From assembly GCA_965603825.1 (NCBI GenBank), contig CBFDEM010000001.1:623919-687918 (forward strand): a stretch of DNA of 64,000 nt, in the 5' to 3' direction. The position numbers and the translations under genes were made by a program. Shown here in pieces: positions 25,066 through 36,463 of the stretch (positions within the stretch are counted from its first letter, which is position 1; each line of letters opens with the position of its first letter). The DNA comes from Blepharisma stoltei ATCC 30299 (Eukaryota > Protista > Ciliophora). The notes beneath the pieces were generated by a model. It did not search any database and was not told the DNA's origin. It saw only the letters and a list, made by a program, of their open reading frames with translations.

Positions 25066-25670
25066 AAATAAGTTAGATTATTTTTATAGCTTTCTTTAAA
25101 GTAATGTTTTTGAAACAGATAATTAATTTTTAAAATGGTAAAACCAATCAATATGAATTGAAATTCTATGCTCTCTTTGTAAGCTTTCTCTTCTAATAGC
25201 CTCTTAACGTTAATATATGCCACTTCTCAAAAATAACTTTTCTTTTAAAATTAAAATGCTTTTCTTTGCATTAAAAATGCTGCTCATCTCATAGGTAATT
25301 GTTAGTCTTTTTATCAATTTAAATTTTAAAACATTAATTTGATATATTTTTAAAGTAAATTGGGGATGCTAACCAACAAAGAATTTAAAAGTTTAATTCC
25401 TAAGGGATTTATTTTAATTTCTTTACAATAAACCTTCAATCCCTTTAATTATATTCTAATCTAGAGTTTGCCTTTAAAAGGCTCTGTGCTATTCCTGCAA
25501 ATACTAAAAAAGAGCCTTTTTTTCTTAGACACTGATCCATTATAAATGACTATTCCAGAAATGTTAGAAAATTTCATGTTGATACTGAATTCGAAACAAC
25601 TTATGTTTTTATAAATTATGATCATTCTTTTCAGCTAATTAAAATAATAATAATATAATAATATTGTTTT

Positions 25671-27836
25671 ATGGAGGTAATTTATCATCAATGGTGGGAA
25701 GAAGAAGTAAACGAGAAATATCAAGTTTTAAAGCGATACTCTTACTCTTTGCTATACTTCTCTGCATTTATACTTTTATGTGTTATAGTTTTTGTTCAAG
25801 GCGGCATTGATATGGCTATATTACACATACCTTATTTGCTGATTCACTCCATCAGCTGCAGTCTTGTATGTTTTTTTGGCAAAAAAGGTTATCTAGCAAA
25901 ATCACTATTTTCAATAACTTTTTCTGAGCTAAATTGCCTCATATTATGAAGCCAAGGGCAAAATGAGTGGAAACCAGAGCAAATTTTATTTGAGATGCTT
26001 TCACTGATATTTATAATCAGTTTTGAACTTCCATTTGTCCAAACTCGCTTGATGAAAGGAGTCATTATATCAAAACATTTATACTTATGGCATTATAGAA
26101 AATACTTAACCAATGAGATTTTATTTTTTGAAAGAGACCACATGCCTCATATGGTATCATTTCTGATTATTTTCCTGTATAATACAAATTCTTATTTTTT
26201 GAAAAATAAATCATATGAGAGGTTTATTTCAAGGAAAAATCTTGAAAACACTGAAAGTAGACTGAGAGTTATTTTTAATTTGATTACTGATGGGATTTTG
26301 GTGCTTTCTGAGAATAAGGAAATATTATTTTCAAATCATAACTTAAAAAAACTGCTAGATTGTGAGATTGATGAGATTGTTGAATTAATATCGGAAATTG
26401 AATTTTCAGAAGGAAAAAAGTATTCACTGCTGTCAGAGTCAAATAGACTTATAGATCACATCAATTTGATCCCAAATTTAGTACTGGATACTGAGATTAT
26501 GCTTGGACTAAGTAAGTCAGAACAATTCAATCTAGAATGGAGAGGACAAAAAGTTGTTTGGGAAACACATCAAAGCATTCTAATTATAGTAAAAAATGCA
26601 AATACAATTATTCAATTCGAAAAGGCCAGCTCAGAGAATATGCTGAAAAATATTTTATTAAGATCAGTGTCCCATGAACTGAGAACCCCTATCAACTCAA
26701 TATCATTTATCATCGAAGAGCTAATGGGTGACTATGATATATCTAAAAAAGTTGAAAACCTTGAAAAACTGAAAATTGTTTCAGTCTCAGCCAAACTTTT
26801 GATATCTCTCGTAAATGATTTACTGGACTACTCCAAAATGATAGCCGGTGTTTTTGCTATCCAAAAGTCTAAATCCAAACTTTATGACATAATAAATAGC
26901 TGCTTACAGCTTGTCAAAATTCAAGCCGAGAAAAAAGGAATTCAAGTTCTTGTAAGAATCGATCCAAGACTCCCAGAATATGTATTTACTGATGCTTTAA
27001 GGCTAAGCCAAATATTGCTAAATCTCTTAAGCAATGCCTTAAAGTTTACTATTAAGGGCAGAATTGAGCTTGTGTGCTTATTCGATGCAAATTCAAAGCT
27101 TAAAATAATGGTAAACGACACAGGAGTTGGAATCAGCGAGTCAAAGAAGCAATGGATTTTCGAAGAATTTAACTCAGACATAAGTTTAAATATAAACCCA
27201 GAAGGCTGTGGTCTTGGCCTTGTAATTGCAAATAAAATTGTCCAAGAACTTGGAGGAAACCCTATTGAAGTCATCTCTCAGACAGGAAAAGGCTCATCTT
27301 TCATTTTCTCAATAGACATCTTTGAAAATCCTCCCAATCTTCAGATACTTTCTGATGATTATTTTTCAGACTCTCAGGTTTGACTTGACGAGTGCTTAAC
27401 TGCCTCAATTGCTGATTTTGAGTCTGCTATAGCAGAAAATAAAAATGCACAAGTTTTGATTGCAGATGATAATGACTTTAATAGGATGATTTTAGGGACT
27501 CTTCTTAAACGCAAAAATGTTAATTATCATGAAGCATGTACAGGAGGAGAATTAATCAAGAAAGTACAAGAAAGTGATTCTATGGGCAGAGCTTATAAGG
27601 TTGTAGTTGTTGATGGAAGTATGCCTGAGCTAAATGGTTGGGAAGCTACTCGGAAAGTCATAGAGCTATACTTTAATGGAGAAATTAAATTTTTACCTGC
27701 AATGATTGGGTATACAGCATTTAGTTCTGATAGTGATATTAGGCTATGCTTGGAATCTGGGATGGAAGAAGTACTGACTAAGCCATGCTCTCCTGAAATA
27801 CTCACACAAACAATTCTGAAATACCTTTATAAATAG
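25671..27836 (+). CDS. Membrane hybrid histidine kinase HK-E (~721 aa), inverted paralog of HK-A
   Basis: MEVIYHQWWEEEV; SVSHELRTP; NALKFT; GCGLGL; receiver nearly identical to HK-A; TGA at 25947 and 27381 read through. Confidence 0.92.
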
Positions 27837-28013
27837 TTAATTTTTCTGATTGATAGATTTAAAACACTTTTAATATAATTTAATTATTTTTGCATTTGTG
27901 ATATTAATTTGCAAATCAGCTTAGACTTTTTGGTTGAGATTAAGCATGAACCAATATCGATTAAAATTTATAAAAAGTAAGGTATTATATATGTTTTGAA
28001 ACGAAAATCTTAG

Positions 28014-28660
28014 TTTAAATTTACCCATGAAGGAAAAATCCGGCCATTTGTCTTAAAACAGCAAAAACTACGATGAAGTGTTGTGTTGGAGACACCGGGT
28101 CTGGCGTTCGCTTAGAAGAGATAAGAAAAATGATAAAGAAATCGACCCTTTAAATATTCCTAATCCTGGGCCAAGAGAAATGGATTTGACCTATATATAT
28201 TAAATCTATTGATTATTCAATTAGATGAGAACTTCATAAAAGTAAAATGCAATTCTGGAAAAGGCTCAATTTTTTATTTCAATATTAACATTTATGAGGA
28301 CTTCAAGCTATCCATTGAAAATACCGAAGCATGCACCAATGAGAGTATTTTACCTATAACAATATCAAGCTATGTCCATTCAAAAAGCTTTAAAAAAGAC
28401 ATCTTATTATCTTATGTGGACGATTTAGAATTTAATTTAGAAATGCTAGGATCCAGCTAAAATCTTATGATTTTGAATACGATGAAGCGAATAATTGAAG
28501 AATAGCTGTGGTAAAAATAATAAGAAAGGATTCCTCTGATTTACCATATAAAGTGGTTGCTATGGATTGCGAAATGCTTGAAATTAAAGAAGGAGAAGGA
28601 TCGTCTTATATTGATTAGCAGGAAAGACAAGGGAAAATTCAGCATCTACTTTATATATAA
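28014..28660 (+). pseudogene. Degenerate 3' fragment of HK-B (inverted copy of ~18215-18868)
   Basis: tttaaatttaccc...gtcttaaaacagc...KVKCNSGKGSIFYFNINIYED...DDLEFNLE matches HK-B; frameshifts, stops, missing 5' two-thirds. Confidence 0.85.
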
Positions 28661-28676
28661 ATTAAATTATTATTTT

Positions 28677-31559
28677 TTATATCAGATGTCTTTTTGAAAA
28701 GAAATCCAACAACTCCCTATTTTTTTCACTAATTACAGCTCTAGATAATGATATATCAAAAGCAACTAGCTCATGCTTCTTTAATGACCACTCTAGGCAG
28801 GTCAAACTTTCTTCTTTTGAATCATCATACAAGTGCTTTATATCCCAGAATTTTATTGTCATATCTTCGCTGCAAGATATAATCTTTTTGCCGCATAGAG
28901 AAAAATCAAAGGAGTTGATAATTCCCAAGTGCCCTTTCAGAATATAAACCAACATTCTTTTTTCAAAATTTCACAAGTCAATAGTAAAATTCAAATTTAT
29001 GGCAGCTAGCAAAGATCCGCAAGGAGAAAATTTTAATTGTGAGTAGCTTAGAGTGCTTGATCCGTAAAGTCTAATTTCTTCTTCTGGAGAGTTTACATGA
29101 CAAACAGTAACCCAACTGCATGGATTTGTCGTAAAGGCAAGGTAATTTTGATAGGGTGCAAAATCAATTGAGGCTAAATGGAGATTAGAAAATTCATTTG
29201 GCTTTATTTGAATCTGGGAAATAAATTCCCCAGTTTTAACATTTCAGAATCTAATAACTCTGCCACTGCTGGCAGATGCAAGTATATTAGAATTGCAAGA
29301 AAATGCTAGACATTTCATAGCTTCACAGTGTGCATTTTTACTTGTCGAGGAATTTATTTTGCATATCAGCTTATTTGAGTATAACTCAGCTATTTCAATG
29401 CGGCCATCAATAAAACCGAGTGCAATAAGACTTTCTCTAGAAATCACAAATGAGCTAACTCCCAGCGGATAATTTCTAACAAATTCTACAGTTGATCTAT
29501 ACAAATGAAGACCACAAGAGCTGGACAGAACAAGATAGTTTCCACATGGAGTAAAAGCAAAAATAGGATTTATCTCCAATCCAAAATACCAGTTAATTTC
29601 CCGGACCGCTTGTTTATTTTTGCAGCTTCATATTTCAATCAGGCCAGCGGCACTTTCTCTTGATATTAATGCAAATTGATCTTTATTTGGGGTCCATACA
29701 ACCATAAAAGAAGATTTTCTGATGACTATTTCTGGGTTTTTGGATGATGGGTTTTTGTATTTTCATGATATAGCATACTCATTAACTATTGCTAATTTAT
29801 CATCATTAGGAGAAAAAGCGATCTTAGGGGGATTTCAAGGTTTTATCAGAAACTGAAAGGTAAAGACCTGACTCTCGATGTCAAAAATTTGCACAAGCCC
29901 ATTCCTATTTGAAACAGCTATAAATTTTGCGCATGGAGATAGAGCTCAATCATAAAAGTCACTGGTTAAATCACTAAATAGTGTTTCTTCTTCTTTTTTT
30001 TCTAAATTTCATATAAAAATTATTTTATTGCTTGAAGCAAATATATATTTTTCATTTTGTGATAATACTGCTCAAGCGAGCCCATACTTTGATTTGAGTT
30101 TTCATACTAATTGCTTATTATTGACAGTTCTAATAACTCCTAATTTATCTATGACAGTTTTTTTCTTTGGGAGATTAATATTTCATATCAAAATCAAGCC
30201 TCAATAGCTTGTAGATATCAAGTAGTTCTTGGTAAATGCAAGAGAAATCACAGGAAAATCATGCCCACATAAGTACCTCACTTGTGTCTTTGTGTTTATA
30301 TCTCAAATTTTGATATTATTATTGCTTAGCCCCACCGCAAACCATGTACTGCATAACGAAAAAGCAAAAGAACAAATACCTTCTGTTATTCCATCAAAAG
30401 TATGGACAACCAAACCAGAAATTTTTGCATTACATAATGTTACTTTATATTGATGGACTATCGCCAAATAATTTCCACAAGGTGAATATTCACAACGGTA
30501 AACTATATGATCAGTGGGGTAGGTTTTCACTATTTCCTGGTTGCTAATGTCACATATGAAAATTTCAGTTTGGTTTTCTTTCCAGAGGACTATGTATTTC
30601 CCACAAGGAGAAAATTTTACTATATTGCCTGCAGTTTTAATAGGGCTTAAAAAGCTTTCGCTAAATTCAGCTCCAGCCAAGTAGCAGTCATTAAAATTGA
30701 CTGAGTAAAGATTTGAGTTTGCAAAGTTTACGTTCGTAAGGTCGCTTACTTTGAAATTTGTGCCGATGATAAGGGAGCTTGATAAATCTGCTCCAGGGAT
30801 TTTTATGCCTGTTAAGTTTTTATGAGATAATGAACAGCCAAGGCGGTTTAAGATTGTAATGGCGTTGCTTGATCCTTGAGATACTTCTGTAGATTCTTTA
30901 GAGAATAATACCAAATTAAATAGTCCATCCTGCAACTTTTTTGATAGAATATTTTTTAAGATGTCGCAAATCTCAGGGTATTTTTTGATGTCAATTTTGT
31001 TGAAATAAGAATCTCTAAAAATTTCAATGTTTTTCCATTTCGAAATATCTTGAGATATCAAATAAGCTAACTTCTCATCGAAATTGCGTATAGTAAATTT
31101 GCATGTTTTTTCATGATTTTTAATATAATGTATGAAATAGCACTTGCATCCAGATTGGCTGCATTTTATGCAGTACTGATTTTTTGATTTTGAAAAATCA
31201 TTAAGGGTAATATTTACCAAATTTCTTTTCTTGATGAGTCTTAAGGATAAACTGCTTCTCAATTTAATAAAGCAAGATTGTATTTCTTTATCAATTTTAT
31301 TCAGTTTAGGATTGAGTAGTGATAATTTTGATTCAGAAAAGTTTTCGAGGCTTTTATTTATTGTGGATTTATTATTTTCCTTTAATCTTTCTCGAGACTC
31401 TAAAATTGATGAGTCAAATATAGAATTAGCGATGTGAGGATATTTATTGATCTCTGACAAATGGGATTCAAAGTGATCAGCACATATAAGGGTCCCTTTA
31501 GTTGAGCAGCTGCATATTAAAAGTGGGAAACTGCTACAATCTTCGATATAGCAAGCCAT
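28677..31559 (-). CDS. Zn-finger - coiled coil - pentapeptide repeat - WD40 protein 1 (~960 aa)
   Basis: One frame across TGAs (e.g. IKI-TGA-D = WD dipeptide). N-terminal C/H cluster; SSNAITIL...IPGADLS...pentapeptides; FSPCG and LKGH...FWD repeats. Confidence 0.87.
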
Positions 31560-31974
31560 TTTTTGATTATAAAATGTTATTTAATTATATTTTTGCTTAT
31601 CTTTTAAAGCTAGTTGCTAGAATTATATTTTTCCAATCTCAAAATTTGCAATTATTAGCATCTAGTAATATATTTTTAGTTTAAGCAAGTCAAAGCAAGT
31701 AATTAAGCTGATATATTTATGCTGATTTATATTTGCTGCTCTTTTTAGCATGCTATATAAAGACTTCTGACTTCAGCTATAATCAAAATAAATTGTTTTT
31801 GGAGCAAATCTTAATGATGAGTAAAGTTTTATTGCATTATTCATCAAAGTTAATAATTTCTTCAAGCAATTTCCATTACTGTATAAAATCTCCTTGAATC
31901 TTCGAAACGTTTTTATATATTGTGATGATCCAATATTTTAAGAGTTTCAAGCTCGTTTATAAATTATTATATTT

Positions 31975-34914
31975 TTATATCAAATAATTTTTTGACTGTT
32001 TTATATCCTTTTTTGATAAGAAATCCAACAACTCCCTATTTTTTTCACTAATTACAGCTCTTGATAATGATATACCAGAAGCAACTAGCTCATGCTTCTT
32101 TAATGACCACTCTAGACAGATCAAATTTTCTTCTTTTGAATCATCATACAGATGCCTTATATTCCAGCATTTTATCGTCATATCTTCGCTGCCAGATATA
32201 ATTTTTTTGCCGCATAGAGAAAAATCAAAGGAGTTGATAACTCCCAAATGCCCTTTCAGAGTATAAACCAACATTCTTTTTTCAAAATTCCATAAATCAA
32301 TAGTAAAATTCAAATTTATGGCAGCTAGCAAAGATCCGCAAGGAGAAAATTTTACTTGTGAGTAACTTAGAGTGCTTAATCCATAAAGCCTAATTGCTTC
32401 TTCTGGAGAGTTTACATGGCAAACAGTAACCCAATTGCATGGATTCGCTGTAAAGGCAAGATAATTTTGATAGGGTGCAAAGTTAATTGAGGCTAAAGGA
32501 AGACTAGACAATTTTTTTGGCTTTATTTGAATTTGAGCAATAAAATCCCCTGTTTTAACATTTCAGAATCTAATAAAGCCGCCGCTACTGCTGGCAGATG
32601 CAAGTCTTTTAGAATCGCAAGAAAATGCAAGTAATTTTATATCTTCACAGTGTGCATTTTTACTTGTCGAGGAATTTATTTTGCATATTAGCTTATTTGA
32701 GTATAATTCAGCAATTTCAATGTGGCCATCAATAAAACCGAGTGCAATGAGACCTTCTCTAGAAATCACAAATGTACTAACTCTCAGCGGGTAATCTCTA
32801 ACATATTCTACAGTTGATCTATGCAAATGGAGGCCACAATAGCTGGACAGAACAAAATGGTTTCCATGTGGAGAAAAAGCAAAAATAGGATTTACCTCTA
32901 ATCCAAAATACCATTTAATTTCCCGGACCACTTTTTTAGTTTTGCAGCTTCATATTTCAATAAGACCGACAGCAGCTTCTCTAGATATTAATGCAAATTG
33001 ATCTTCATTTGGGGCCCACAAAACCATAAAATCATATTTTCTATTGGTTATTTCTGGGTTTTTGAATGATGGATTTTTGTATTTTCATGATCTAGCAAAC
33101 TCATTAATTCCAGCAATTGCTAATCTATCATCATTAGGAGAAAAAGCGATCTTAGGGGAACTTCAAGGTTTCATCAGAATCTGAAAGGTAAAGACCTGAC
33201 TCTCGATGTCAAAAATTTGCACAAGCCCCTTCTTATTTGAAACAGCTATGAATTTTTCGCATGGGGATAGAGCTCAATCATAAAACACACTGGTTAAATC
33301 ACTAAATTGAGTTTTTTCTTCTAGTTTCTCTACATTTCACATAAAAAGTTTTTGCTTACTTGAAGCATATATATATTTTTCATTTTGTGATAATACTATT
33401 CAAGTGAGCTCATACCTTGATTTGACTAATTGCTTATTTTTAACAGTTCTAAGAACTCCTAATTTGTCTATGACAGTTATTTTCTCTGGGAGATTAATAT
33501 TTCATATCAAAATCAAGCCCCAATCACTTGTAGATATCAAGTAGTTCTTGGTAAAAGCAAGAGATATAGCAGGACTATCATGTCCACATAAGTACCTCAC
33601 TTGTGTCTTTGTGTTTATGTCTCAAATTTTGATGTCATGGTTGTATAGTCCCACTGCAAGCCATTTGCTGCATAATGAAAAAGCAAAAGAACAAATAATT
33701 TCAGATATCTCATCACAAGTATGGACAACAGAATCAAAAATTTCTGCATTACATAATATTGCTTTATATTGATGAACTTTTGCATTACATAATATTACTT
33801 TATCTTGATGAACTATCGCTAAGTAATTTCCACAAGGTGAATATTCACAATGGTAAACTCTTTGATCAGTGGGGTAGATTTTCACTATTTCTTGGCTGCT
33901 GATGTCACATATGAAAATTTCAGTTTGGTTTTTCTTACAGAGGACTATATATTTTCCACAAGGAGAAAAATTTACTATAGTGCCAGCAGTTTTAATAGGG
34001 CTTAAACAACTTTCGCCAAATTCAGCTCCAGCTAAGTAGCAGTCATCAAAATTGACTGAGTAAAGATTTGCTTTGCCAAAATTTACGTTCGTAAGGTTGC
34101 TCCCTTTGAAATTTGTGCCGATGATAAGGGAGCTTGATAAATCTGCTCCAGGGATATTTATGCCTCTTAAGTCTCTATGAGATAATGGATAGTCAAGGCG
34201 GTTTAAGATTGTAATGGCGTTACTTGATCCTTGAGATACTTCTGAAGATTCTTTAGAGAGTAATATCAAATTAAATAGTCCATCCTGCAACTTTTTTGAT
34301 AGAATATTCTTTAAGATGTCGCAAATCTCAGGGTATGTTTTGATGTCAATTTTATTGAAATAAGAACCTTTAAAAATTTCAATGTTTTTCCATTTCGAAA
34401 TATCTTGAGATATCAAATAAGCTAACTTCTCATCGAAATTGCGAATAGTAAATTTGCATGTTTTTTCATGATTTTTAACATAATGTATGAAATGACACTT
34501 GCATTCAGATTGGCTGCATTTTATGCAGTACTGATTTTTTGATTTTGAAAAATCATTAAGGGTAATATTTACCAAATTTCTTTTCTTGATGAGTTTTGAA
34601 GATAAATTGCTTCTCAATTTTATAAGGCAAGATTGTATTTCTTTATCAATTTTATTCAGTTCAGGATTAATTAGTGATAATTTTGTTTCAGGAAAGTTTT
34701 CGAGGCTTTTATTTATTGTGGATTTATTATTTTCCTTTAATTTTTCTCGAGACTCTAAAATTGATGAGTCAAATATAGAATTAGCGATGTGAGGATATTT
34801 ATTGATCTCTGACAAATGGGATTCAAAGTGATCGTCACATATAAGGGTCCCTTTAGTTGAGCAGCTGCATATTAAAAGTGGGAAACTGCTACAATTTTCG
34901 ATATAGCAAGCCAT
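31975..34914 (-). CDS. Zn-finger - coiled coil - pentapeptide repeat - WD40 protein 2 (~979 aa), tandem duplicate of protein 1
   Basis: Near-colinear with 28677-31559, including the upstream non-coding region; ORF pieces are in one frame. Confidence 0.87.
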
Positions 34915-35364
34915 TTTTGGTTATGCAATATTATTGATTATATTTTTGCTATCTTTAAATGCTAGTCTCTAGAATTATATTTTTTTCCAATATCAAGATT
35001 TAAATATGCAATTATTGACATCTAGTAATATATTTTCAGTTTAAGCAAATCAAAGCAAGTAATTAAACCCATGCATTCCTTTGTGCTGATTTATATTTTC
35101 TACCCTCTTTCAATGTGTTATATAAAGACTTCTGACTTCAGCTTTGCACCAATATAAAATTGCTTTTGAAGAAATCTTATTATTTACTATTGAGTATAAA
35201 TGCCATTTATTAAAATCCTATAAAATATAATTGCTATGAGCGCAATAATAATTGTTTAAGCATAGAGCCAGATTTTATTTTTTAAATTAGCACACATAGC
35301 CTTATTATAAAAACGCTTAAAATTGAACCTCTTTTAAATCCTTAAATAGCACAATTGTATCGGA

Positions 35365-36185
35365 TTTAGATCCTCCTCCACACCGACCTTTAGAATGATC
35401 TCAATTCTATCCAAGAGGTATTGCTTATCCTCCAGGCTGAACTAAATTGCGAAAACATTAGCTTCAGAATGAAGATTAATTAAGCAAGACTGTCTTTTAT
35501 TGATAAGGTAAGCAGCACATATTGAAGAGAAAATAATGTTCTTAAGCTATAAGAGCCGATTAATCTCATTGGAGACATCCACGGTGAATTTTATGATCTT
35601 TTACAGCCCCTTGCATCAGATGTAGACTTTTTCGTTTCAAATATCTTTTTCTAGATGATTACATCGATTGAGGATATTTTCAGTAGAAGTTGGGCTGCTA
35701 CTATATCCACTTAAGATAAATTTCAAGCAAAATGTCTATTACCTTAGCGGAAATCACGAATCAAGGCAAATTGCAAGTCATTTCAACTTCAGAAGTGATG
35801 TCTGCACAAGTTAGATATTGAAAGCTTTGAAGATTTTCAATGGCTTGCACAGTTAAAATTTTAGCTCTCCATGGAAGATTATCACCTGATCTTGTAAAGT
35901 CCCAGATTTATCAAAATTCAATAGTTTGCAGAGCCAACCGACAGGATTATTTTTAAATATATTGTGAAGTGATCCTGTGATTATGATCAAGGAGTTTGTA
36001 CAGAAATATATGCAGGAAATGGTCTTTGAGGTATGCTCATTATTTTGAAATAACTGCACTATTTATTTTTGTTGCAAAAATCCAACTTATAGCTGTTCTG
36101 AGAGCATATGAAGTTCAGAAAGAAGGATTCAAAATGCATAGATGGTATGGAGCAAATGAATTTGCTTCAGCGAATCCGACCCTTA
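35365..36185 (+). pseudogene. Calcineurin A (PP2B)-like Ser/Thr phosphatase pseudogene
   Basis: Relics of PPP motifs in order: GDIHG (ggagacatccacggt ~35571), FL(D)DYID(W)G, LSGNHESRQ, LHGRLSP, ILWSDP, LRAYEVQKEGFKMHRW. Multiple frameshifts and stops; truncated before SAPNY. Confidence 0.82.
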
Positions 36186-36463
36186 ATAAAGAGAACTTCA
36201 ATGGATGGAGAGATTTTAAGTGAACAGAAGATAGAGAGTTTTCTATTGTTTGTATTTTTTCCCTACTATTTACAATAAATTGTCTATATCTTCTCAATTT
36301 ATTTTATACTCCATTTATTTTTATAATTTATAATCCCAAGCACTAAGCCTGGAATACCACAATCATAAAATTGAAAAATTATGAATAATTCTTCCACAAA
36401 AGTTATTGAATGAGACTTAATCTAATTATTATTAAAGCTATAGATCATTATTTATTTTATTTG

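Noticed and set aside
14591-27836. Bacterial contig or recent bacterial two-component operon
   Set aside because: The kinases use TGA=Trp, are interspersed with intron-containing eukaryotic genes on a telomere-capped molecule, and have mixed orientations.
35996-36223. 75-aa ORF as a standalone gene
   Set aside because: It is the frameshifted tail of the calcineurin-like pseudogene.
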